Source: Podarcis gaigeae (taxonomy: Eukaryota). From it: a stretch of 64,000 nucleotides of DNA. How positions within the stretch are numbered: the stretch's first letter is position 1; each line of letters starts with the position of its first letter. The notes beneath the pieces are model-generated. The model was given only the letters and a program-made list of their open reading frames with translations. It had not been told where the DNA came from and made no database searches. Made by a program: the position numbers and the translations under genes. Below, piece by piece: positions 51,401 through 60,300 of the stretch. The DNA is taken from NCBI GenBank assembly GCA_964106915.2, contig OZ066924.1, one strand, 5' to 3'.

Positions 51401-54400
51401 AGCAAAATAAATTTTAAGTTTCTGTACTCTGGTTTGAAAAAGAAGGGATCTGAAATGTCCCTGTGCTCCGCATAGTGGTGAACATCAATCATTCCACATT
51501 ACTGAGTTTTTAGCTTGCTAGGACTGTACTAACACACCCACACTCCCACTATGCTGATGACTGGGGACTTAGGATGGTGCATAAGTGTGTTCCTACTGGC
51601 CTCTGCCAATGGAGAGAAACATGCAATAACCTGTACATTGTTAGCAGAAAAGTTTCCTACAGAACCCAGGTTTCATGAAGTATCGCAATTGCACTGGTTC
51701 ACACACAGGCAAACTACTGGTCACAATCCCCGAGCTTTAACTTAACTACAATATTTGACACTGGTGTTGTTCAGCAACACTCCACACATTCAAGTACAGT
51801 ATTTTCAGGTATACACTGGCCTAACAACAAATCTAACAGCAGTGTGCCTCTATATGTAGATCTACTAAGAGTTTGAGTATTATTTAACACCATAACAAAT
51901 TTTACCTGGCAAGTCTCTCTCTTCACAGGTCACAGGAATATTGGTGAACAAAGTAGGTTTGGTCAGCCTCATTACTGTGAATTTAGAAAGCAAATTCCAC
52001 ATTAATCACACACCTCATCACCAGGACTTCACTAGAAGCTCAACATATTTAACTTCAAAATAAGAACCATAAGACCTGTTTGGATATTACCTTGTCCCTG
52101 GAATTCTGCCCAAGTTTTAAGTATTTTGTTTGTTTGTACTGAGCACAAGAAAAGGAGATGAAATTGGGCTTAATGTGAAAACAACTAGAAATGCAGGAAG
52201 TGTTCATTCACACTGATACTTGAGCAAAGACAAAAAGCATGCAGATCCATTTTTTAAAAATTCCACCAATAATATTTTTTAAGAAATGTTTTAGGATAAT
52301 CATGGATAACTGCAAAAATCATTTTAACAAAACACAATACTCTTAACCGCCTTGATCCTTATCCAACCATGTTGAGAGTACCATTTGTAAGCAGTTGTTT
52401 GGTCCAAAGGATAGTTGACTCCCCTTAAGGCAGACTGGGGGGGCAGGGAGGTTTCCAGTCAACCAATGCTTTCCCCATTCATTCAAATGTAGATATTAAG
52501 GCTGGACCAGGGCCTGCAAACTATCAATTGTAGACCCTCCAAGTGTCCCTATTTTCCAGGGACAGTCCTGGATTTACAGAAGCTGTTCTAATTTCTGATT
52601 TTATCCCAAAATGTCCTGCTTTTCCTTAGTATGTCCCAATTTTCATCAGAGATATATTGGAGGATACGGAGTTATCCAACCCCTGAAGATAGCCCTGTAC
52701 AGGGAAGATTTTTAATGTTCAAAGTTTTATTATGTTTTTATATATGTTGGAAGCAGCCCACAGTTCCTGGCGTAACCCAGTCAGATGCTGAGGTATAAAA
52801 AGAAGAAGAAGATAGAATAGGACATTCCTATTTTTATCGAAGAAATGTTGGAGGGTACGTGATTGCAATAGAATTTGCTTACAAATGACCATGTTTAGAT
52901 GGCATACATTTTCTAAGGGCTGCTAAGAACACAAAGAAGTCTTGCCTCTGTACAGAACATAACGGCCAGTAGGACAGCATTCTGCCCACTGCCGATGTGA
53001 CTACAATCTATAGGAAGCAAAAATGTAGGCCAAACACACAAAAAGGGAAACAAATATATCAGCATGATGGACTTCATAAAATTAAAGTTTAGAAATTATT
53101 ACTCCAACACAGCAGCCTTTCTTTTTATTGTTCATTAATTTTAGACAAATCATTCCAAACAAATGTTTTTTCCTCTAATTTTCAATAAATCTATACTCTG
53201 AAAAAAGTCAATCCTCTAATCAAAGGGTACATATATAGAGAACATGACTTACTGTAGCTCAGAACCATGAGTTCTTTCTACGTGAGCACAGAAATATACA
53301 AGGAGGGATTCTAATTTAAATAAAATGGAAAATGCCCAAGATAAGCTAATTACTTCCCTTCTGCCCCCCCCACTACCACAGATTTTTTTTCAAAAACATT
53401 GTAAGGCAACAAAGTGTATTTAAAATATAACATTTCACAGAAAGTAGCAATGCCTTGTTATAAAGCTACAGACTATGTATGATTCCATATTTGTGAACAA
53501 ACAAATTTATTTTCCCCAAAAGGTTTAATTTTTCTCTAAGGTTGTTGGCAACATATTCACAGTACAGTATATCACAGAAAACTGAAATCTGCCCTTCACA
53601 TCTCTGGATCGTAGCATTACAAGATGGCAGTTCATTGTGTTTGATCATCTTGTTGAGCTTTACCCAAATGTCCTCCAACGTTTGACTACCAAATGTAGAT
53701 GGTTCTATTATCCACTGGGCTCTATAGAATGCATGGAGCTTTAATTTGTCTAAAGTGCTCTGCAGTTCTCTAGATAAAGGAAGAATCTTGTCTTTGAGCT
53801 TGGTGTTGGGAAGAGACACACTCCAAGACCTTCTCAGCTTCTGCTTGCTGCTTGATGTTTGCTTTTCCAAATTGCTAAAATTGTTTCTTTCATGCTCAGC
53901 TTGCAAACACTTCCCAGCTTTTACATCAGGATCAAATTCTTTAAGCCCTGCAGTACAGTCATAAGATGGGGAGCAGCAAACAGTTTCTATGGCTGCAATA
54001 TGTTGTTTCATTTGCTCTACTTCTTCACCAGAAATAACAGGAGCGATTCTTTTAGGTTTGAGGGGAAGTTGGCGCAAGTCATTTGGAAACCAGGGTATGA
54101 AACTTGGGAGCTTCCTAACAGGAAATTCTTTCAGTGCCTCTTCTGCGATTCTTTGCAATGCTGCAGGGTCCCTTTGCCATGCTCGGTAGTGCAGAATCAC
54201 CTCCATGCTTGTACAACAGGAATCCACATGTTCTTATTTTAAATGTTTCTTGGACAGCAGCTTCATCACTAATGATATAATCACTTAAAAGAATCTTTTC
54301 ATGCCATGTGCAGTGCAGTTCAGAAGAAAACAGGACCTAGAGCAGAAGTATTGCAAGTAATAAGACACGCTAGCAGTTTTCCCACTAAAGTTCACCATCA

Positions 54401-56752
54401 TGTTGACGCAGTTATCGCTAGAAAATGCTGTAGTAAGTGTAATGGGCGGCAAACGTACGTATGCAGTTGGAAACCCAAACCACAACAGCACCCCCTTGGA
54501 CTTACAGTTTTTTTTGTTTCTGTCAGACATCTGGGTTTGCTGCAACTGCTAATTCAAACCAGAATGCTACATAAGTTTCTCCAATACAGAAATTAAACAA
54601 GTGAGATGGCCCTACTGTAAGGGAGCTGTGATACACCACCAAATTTCTGAACTTCTGTGAGTGCCAAACAACATGCTGTCTTAAACATATATCTCGGCAT
54701 TGCACAACTGTTTCCTTCCAACTCTAAAGCGGCTTCCCAATTGTGGAATGCCCTCCCCTCACGGACTCAGCTGATGCCAAGGCTGATCGGTTTTATGCAT
54801 CGTGTAGACATCCCTATCTGAGCAAGTATTTTGCAGGACATGTTTTCTCATCCTCATGGTGTGATATAAATCAGATTTATTGTTGTACTGGTTTGCTTTT
54901 CAGATTGTTTATTTTTATTGCTAAACAAATAAATAGCAGTCACAGAAGGGGGAGAATCAGGAACATGAGCTGCAGTGCATGGGGGGTTAACCCTTTTACT
55001 TCCACACTGTGGCCCTGATGACTATTTCTTCACATACTGTTTGTCACAGGCAGGAAGCTTTCATGCAGTAGTAGTAGCTGTTGCTTATGACTCCTAAGAA
55101 GAAGGAAGGATAGCAGAGTTGGAATGTTACTATAGTAGGATAATAATTGAAAAAAGAGGAAGAGAAGCTGGGAGGACTGAAATTATTCATGTTCATGGTA
55201 ACATCTGAAGTGTATGCATGCACATGGGGTCACAATTTTAGACCGGATAGTGTTCCAAGTGCTGCTGTCTATGTTATTTGTGTTGTCACAGCCTTAGAAG
55301 CAGGAAGGCAAAAAATGTTTTAAAAGAGATTCCTGGAAGGATGCTCCAATGACAACCATTCTTCCACAAATCTGCATCTTTGGGTCCTTACTTTGAAGGT
55401 CCCCCTTTATTCTTGCTTGCTCTGCAATTCTTTAGAGCATCTACTCCACAGTGTGTATGTACTTTCTCTATTTAGTGTTCCTTGCTGGCAACTACAGAAA
55501 TATATATTGCCATGAAATGCCTTTAAAGCATTTCTGCCTACAGAAGTGTATTGGGATTGTGCTTTGTGATGCTCATACACTCCACTTCCCCATAAGGAAA
55601 ATATTTCAAAAGAGTTGCCTTTTTCAACAACTCATTATTTGTAAGAACTTGAGGGGATACTGGGACAGGAAATAGGAAGGGTTCTAATTTCAATAATTGC
55701 TTAGGTACTGGTCCCAATCAATGCACTCTCCACACATCCTTCACAGCTTTTCCAGTACTCTTAGCAGCCATTTTTTCTCAGCGGAATCTTTCCATGTGGT
55801 AAACTCACACAACTGAGACTTCAAGGAAGCAGGTGAGAACTAGTTCCATTAATCTTGTTCTTCCATCTGAGGTTGCAGAAATGGGTTTGTTTTTTTCCTA
55901 AATAGCTTGTGTTGTGTTACAAAGAAAGGATATATATTGGAAGGATTGAGGGATTTCCTCTTTAGCAGCTGATTGTATCTAAGGCTTGACAGATTTTTAT
56001 TTATTTTTTAGTTCAAGGAAATGTTCCATTTTCTGGGAGCTGACGAGAAGATAACAGGCACCCCCTTTTTCAAAGCTCACTCCCAGAGCAGCTGTATAAT
56101 ATTGCAGCCCCGCTTGCTTTAGAAATGTTTACACACCACCCATCTCTGAAAGCTTGTTCTGCACCAACATTGTCCCTCTTGATTCATAGCTGGGCAAGCG
56201 CAAGAAAGGCATGCCAACTGAAGATTTCGCAATGGATTTTGAGATGCAGTTCTTGCTTATACAAAACTGCACAAAAAACAACAACACCTTACCATTTCCT
56301 AGGGAAGCGATGATGTCCTTATCTTTTAAAAGAAATCTGAAAACGTTGGGAGATTCCCCGTCCTGAGTGCACACTCTGGCTTGAACCAATGAGGCTGGAT
56401 CTAGGGTCACTTTCCGAGCTCTTTATTCAACAACGTGCCCTGGCAGGTGGAATAAGGAACCGACCTCCTTTTGAAAAGGATAGCCGACTTCTGCAAATTA
56501 GCTTTGGGCCACCAACCTGCCGATCCCTCCCAGGTTTAATTGCCTCAGACCCACCCGCTTTGGTCTCCTAAAAACAGCGGCCAAGGCAGCCGCCGCAGAA
56601 AGGAAGCGGGGCTGGATTCTCTTCTTCTCGTCCCTTGCAGGATTTGCTTTTCAGCTGCTAAGCCCCAGGCCAAATCCGAAGGAGCGGAGGAAGCGAGAGC
56701 GAGTACCTTTCAGGGCCAAGAGATGCTCCTGCTTGGGCTGGGTAACATCCAT
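36340..56752 (-). CDS. TRAPPC13: Trafficking protein particle complex subunit 13, complete, 416-417 aa
   Basis: join(56707..56752,51906..51974,50750..50849,48468..48552,47894..48021,47400..47472,45621..45665,43724..43741,39972..40105,38919..39117,37560..37660,36763..36913,36340..36444) = 1254 nt; [22 protein letters not shown]...[19 protein letters not shown]...[24 protein letters not shown]...[13 protein letters not shown]. Confidence 0.97.
36763..36913 (-). CDS. TRAPPC13: TRAPPC13 exon 12 (NAGNAG acceptor; alternative start 36910)
   Basis: (S)[50 protein letters not shown]. Confidence 0.95.
37560..37660 (-). CDS. TRAPPC13: TRAPPC13 exon 11
   Basis: [33 protein letters not shown]. Confidence 0.96.
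38385..38539 (-). mobile_element. tRNA-derived squamate SINE (related decayed copies at 59215-59385 and 60635-60770)
   Basis: Minus strand begins GGGGAATGACCATAGCTCAGTGATAGAGCATCTGCTTTGCATGCAGAAGGTCCCAG, a tRNA-like A-box head followed by non-tRNA body. Confidence 0.65.
38919..39117 (-). CDS. TRAPPC13: TRAPPC13 exon 10
   Basis: [66 protein letters not shown]. Confidence 0.97.
39555..39809. mobile_element. Tc1/mariner MITE
   Basis: TIR CAGTCGTACCT...AGGTACGACTG, TA TSD. Confidence 0.8.
39972..40105 (-). CDS. TRAPPC13: TRAPPC13 exon 9
   Basis: [44 protein letters not shown]. Confidence 0.96.
43724..43741 (-). CDS. TRAPPC13: TRAPPC13 exon 8, 18-nt microexon
   Basis: ttttcccattag|AGTGACCTCAGTTCTGTG|gtaatt = SDLSSV, phase 0/0. 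Confidence 0.9.
44949..45121 (-). mobile_element. CR1 3' end fragment (similar short ends at 9305-9410 minus and 58255-58325 plus)
   Basis: agaatcatagaa...ctctgctttaaaacctccaaggaaggagagtccacca is the reverse complement of the same kind of 3' end seen at 1330-1500. Confidence 0.8.
45621..45665 (-). CDS. TRAPPC13: TRAPPC13 exon 7
   Basis: [15 protein letters not shown]. Confidence 0.95.
47400..47472 (-). CDS. TRAPPC13: TRAPPC13 exon 6
   Basis: [24 protein letters not shown]. Confidence 0.96.
47894..48021 (-). CDS. TRAPPC13: TRAPPC13 exon 5
   Basis: [42 protein letters not shown]. Confidence 0.96.
48468..48552 (-). CDS. TRAPPC13: TRAPPC13 exon 4
   Basis: [28 protein letters not shown]. Confidence 0.96.
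49306..50274 (+). mobile_element. L1-type retroposed insertion, 5'-truncated, with an ORF1-like coiled-coil frame and no ORF2
   Basis: Exact 16-bp TSD GGAAACAGTTTGTGGC (49290-49305 and 50275-50290), AATAAA at 50249, T/A tail, 161-codon open frame 49306-49791. Confidence 0.75.
50369..50614 (+). mobile_element. Non-autonomous hAT DNA transposon
   Basis: TIR CAAGGGTCAGCAACCT...AGGTTGCCTACCCCTG; exact 8-bp TSD CCTAAGAG. Confidence 0.9.
50750..50849 (-). CDS. TRAPPC13: TRAPPC13 exon 3
   Basis: [32 protein letters not shown]. Confidence 0.96.
51906..51974 (-). CDS. TRAPPC13: TRAPPC13 exon 2
   Basis: [23 protein letters not shown]. Confidence 0.96.
52532..52859. mobile_element. DNA-transposon-derived MITE
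   Basis: ACCCTCCAA...TTGGAGGGT terminal inverted repeats with repeated TGTCCC/GGGACA subterminal motifs. Confidence 0.65.
53124..53129 (-). terminator. Candidate intronic poly(A) signal for SHLD3
   Basis: First minus-strand AATAAA I found downstream of the SHLD3 stop (about 340 nt). Confidence 0.4.
53466..54206 (-). CDS. SHLD3: Shieldin complex subunit 3 (RINN1), single coding exon nested in TRAPPC13 intron 1, 246 aa
   Basis: The true ATG is at 54206 (the ORF track starts at an upstream GTG). MEVILHYR...FIPWFP...[10 protein letters not shown]...SYDCT...RRSWSVSLP...[13 protein letters not shown]...FCDILYCEY...[10 protein letters not shown] matches SHLD3 motifs, and the nested position matches mammals. 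Confidence 0.95.
   Translation of the reverse strand: MEVILHYRAWQRDPAALQRIAEEALKEFPVRKLPSFIPWFPNDLRQLPLKPKRIAPVISGEEVEQMKQHIAAIETVCCSPSYDCTAGLKEFDPDVKAGKCLQAEHERNNFSNLEKQTSSSKQKLRRSWSVSLPNTKLKDKILPLSRELQSTLDKLKLHAFYRAQWIIEPSTFGSQTLEDIWVKLNKMIKHNELPSCNATIQRCEGQISVFCDILYCEYVANNLREKLNLLGKINLFVHKYGIIHSL
56707..56752 (-). CDS. TRAPPC13: TRAPPC13 coding exon 1 (probably shared with the SHLD3 transcript)
   Basis: [15 protein letters not shown], donor AAG|GTACTC. Confidence 0.95.
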
Positions 56753-57302
56753 CGCCGCAGCCGCTCCGGGGCCTCTTCCTCCTTTACGGAATCAGCCGAG
56801 GCCAAACTTCCTCCGGCCGCGAACAAGAGGTTTTCTCCCCGGCTTTGGCCCGCTTCCTTCTCCCAGCTGTGCTCCTCGCAATGCAAGTCGCCTCCGCAAT
56901 CGAGCCAGAAACTACAATCCCCAGCGTGCTCTTTGGATCGTCCGTATCTCCATAGGCGCCTCTGCTTGCTTTTATTTCCTGGAAAAGGCGAGCTGTCAAA
57001 GTGATGCATGATGGGAGCTGTAGTTTTTTTTAACGTCCCTCGGCGCCGCTATCATGGCGGCCAATGGCATAGTGGGAAACGGGGAGTGACAAGAAACGGA
57101 CATGCGCAGTGCTTACAAACCACAGACCGGGTTAAGATACGGGGAAAGCGACCTTGTTGTGTGGGTTTTGACGTTTGTCTCCTTTACCTACGGCTCTCTT
57201 TGGTGACGTAGGCGCGTAACCCCGCCCCGTCTCCAGGGGGACACTCCGCTGTGGGAGCGGCGAAGGCAGCTTCTTCTTGGTCTTTCTCCTTCCTTCTCCA
57301 AG

Positions 57303-57395
57303 ATGGCCGCGCTAGCTGTAAACAAGGTCGGGGCTAGTGCGGGGCTGGATGCCGGGAGCAGGCAGAGCCGGAGTCCGGCCGGGCCTGTGGTGAAG
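57303..57395 (+). CDS. TRIM23: TRIM23 exon 1
   Basis: MAALAVNKVGASAGLDAGSRQSRSPAGPVVK, donor AAG|GTGAGC. Confidence 0.93.
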
Positions 57396-60300
57396 GTGAG
57401 CAGAGGGAGGCCGGGGGGGGGGGCTTCCAAGCCGCCTTGGCGGAGCCCCTTCGTCGTTCGCTGTCTTGGGTGGGGGCGGGAGGAGAGAGAGAGAGAGGGG
57501 AGCCCCCGCCCCCTTTGGGCTCCCGGGCTGTAGCGCCTTCATTTCCTGCAAGAGCCTTCACGTTTTGCGGGTCGGTTCTCTCCGGTTGTGCCCATGTTGG
57601 GCACCCCTCGTGTGTATTTACCCTGCTCCCCGCTCCCCCTTCACATTACACACACACAGATAGATAGATAGATAGATAGATAGATATACACACACAGAGA
57701 GAGAGAGACACTTGTATGCTACGTTGTATGTTCTGTACTGTTTAAAGCAAGGGGGTGTCCAGAGCGATTTACCATGCGTGTCAGATAGGTTTGACAAATG
57801 AGGTGGGACAAGGTAGGGGGAATCTCACATGTAGGGTTCCAGCTTATTTCTCCGGCAGGTTTCTAGCTTTTTGCATCTATTCAGTAGGTGGTAAATAAGC
57901 AAGTGGAACATCTTAGGACATGAAGATGCAGCAGCGGCAAAGAAACAGAAAATGTAGGGTTGTGTGCAGCTAATTTAGACCCATCTAAATTAATGGACAT
58001 TACTAACTTTGATTTCCATGGGTCTGCTTTGAGTAGTTCTGCCTGTCATAGAGTTGTTGAAGGTATAAGGAAATGTTTCGTTATAGATGGCAAGAATATA
58101 AAGGGGCAGCACAGATGAAGAGGCGAAACTGGTACACTGGGATTCCCATGCATTTGGGAACTGTGCAAACATTTGTTACAGAACTGGAAACATATTAAGT
58201 ATTGTAAACAATATGGACGTTGTATCTTGATAGCCTTCTGTCTTATTTTGAAAATATTGCAGGGGGTTGAACTAGATGGTCCTCGTGGTCCCTTCCAGCT
58301 CTACAGTCCTATGATTCTATAATTCTTTGATGCAAAAATGCATTGTGTTCGTTCCACAAGAGTGTCTAGTGACCTTGGGTGGGTTATAATCATGAACATG
58401 AGATCCAGTTTGTGGCTATAGATCGTTTTTATGTTCTGCCATACAGAAAAATGTGCATAATGCAGATAGAAGTTACCTTGAGCAATAGATACTTAATAAT
58501 CCTGGTCCAAAATGTATGGTTTCACCCTAAGGGTCAGCCTGACAGCTGAGTTCACGAAAGTTACAAACCCACACAAATGGGTTGTATTCCAGCTTGCCCA
58601 CATCTATGTTAGTTACAGTGGTGGGTTTGTATTTGCTATTTTAATACAGGTATTTTAAATTATGAATTGTTATATTATTGATATATACTACTTTAATTTG
58701 TAATTTTTGCATGTCGTCATTAAAAGTTTCTTTTTTAAAATTGGGATATAAATTTATTAAGTAAATAAATAAATAAATTGGAATTTTTGCTGTTGTGGAA
58801 TAAAAAATGTGATTTCTTATAAAGACCTTTGTTGGAAAATAGTTGTTACTTTCTTTGAAGTGCTATCTTAAGCTCAGTTACTTGAAAGGTTCTCCATCCT
58901 GTGTAGAAGTACAACTATACCGAGACTAATACCTATACCCCTTACCTATACCCCTTACCTAGAAGTAAGCCCCAATTCACTCAGTAGGACAGATGTGTGT
59001 AGTAAGGTCTAGGGAATACAACATAACCACTAGGAAGTGCTTTGGGTCATGGACTACAGTTTTTAGGATCCACTAATTATCTGGTAGTTCTTAGTATATA
59101 GAGCTAACCTGAAACTTAATCATAATGAGGTCTGACCTCAGAGACTGATGCGGCTGTCCTCATCCCCATCCATAGTGGCATCTGTTGGCTGCATCCAAAT
59201 AGACATTGTTAACAATGAAGCTGGCTTATACCGAGTCAGAATATTGGTCTAAGTAAGTACTGTTGATGCTGACAGGCAGTGCCAGGACTTCCGGCACAAG
59301 TCCCAGGCCTACCTGGAGATACAAGGGATTGAACCTGGGACCTTTTTTGCTTGCTCTTTACCACTAACTTTTAGCTCTTCCCTAGTGCTTAAAAACTGAA
59401 CATATTCCCTTGTAAATTATAGGTTCTGGAATGTGGAGTCTGTGAAGATGTATTTTCACTGCAAGGAGACAAAGTTCCCAGACTGCTTTTGTGTGGTCAT
59501 ACAGTCTGTCATGACTGTCTCACTCGACTTCCTCTCCATGGCAGAGCAGTTCGGTGTCCTTTTGATCGGCAGGTTACTGAATTAGGTAAGCTGCTTATAA
59601 ATTGTTGAATTAAGAACGTAAGAAAAGCCCTGTTGGGAAGACTAATGACCTGTGTAGGTCCACCATCCTGTTCTCAAATTGACTAACTAGATGCCCATGG
59701 GAGGCCCACAAGGAGGACACCAGTGCAGCAGCACTCTCCCCGCTAGTATTAGTACTAACTACCTCTCACGCTGGAGGTAGCAGTCATTTTATATAGGTTC
59801 GCCAAATGGGCAGGTACAACAGACGCACTTAGAATATATCTGCATAGCTTGAATATACTGAGGTAAACCACCACTTAAAAAACAAAACACTGACATTGGT
59901 TGCAAGGCAGCTCAGAAGTTTGACTTGTGCGCTTCAAAAGTTGCAGCAATGTGATGCGATGAAAAGAGCAATGTGCACTATGAAAACGTATGGAAGATTT
60001 AATGTTTTAGAGGAAGGATTGTTGGAAAAATGCTCTTGGGGAGACGGTGACACCCCCCCCCAGGACCTCTGAGCGTCTCCCGGTAGGCACGTCTCTGGAA
60101 TGGCATGTCCCTTCATCTCCAGAGTGCCTCTCTGCGACACTTTTCATGTGAAAAGTACACACAAGTCTTCTAGCATCCTACAGCAAGAAGAAAGAAACAT
60201 CCGTAGATCTAAACTACATTTTATTTACATTCTATATAGACAATCCATAATCACGTCTGTGTTCTCCAAGCTCTGGCAGAACAACCTGTTGCATACTGCA

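Larger units (their letters stand above)
56550..57640. promoter_or_regulatory. CpG island / bidirectional promoter TRAPPC13-SHLD3 / TRIM23
   Basis: The two ATGs are about 550 bp apart. ZNF143/SBS-like motifs at 56911-56929 (+) and 57006-57024 (-), CCAAT 57061, NRF1-like 57101, CRE-like TGACGTA 57204, GC box 57220, YY1-like AAGATGGCCGC over the TRIM23 ATG. Confidence 0.85.

Noticed and set aside
53506-53511. AATAAA inside the SHLD3 CDS
   Set aside because: Produced by the conserved K-I-N codons; use would cleave before the stop codon
54207-54227. N-terminal extension MDSCCTS of SHLD3 in the ORF track
   Set aside because: Starts at GTG, not ATG; homology to SHLD3 begins at MEVILHYR
54115-54336. 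About 73-codon alternative open frame overlapping the SHLD3 start ([14 protein letters not shown]...)
   Set aside because: The matching phase in exon 1 has a TGA just before the donor and there is no early ATG, so there is no evident route to translation
56540-57667. ORFs of 65-154 aa around the second CpG island
   Set aside because: Same CpG-island artefact; the real coding parts are 56707-56752 and 57303-57395
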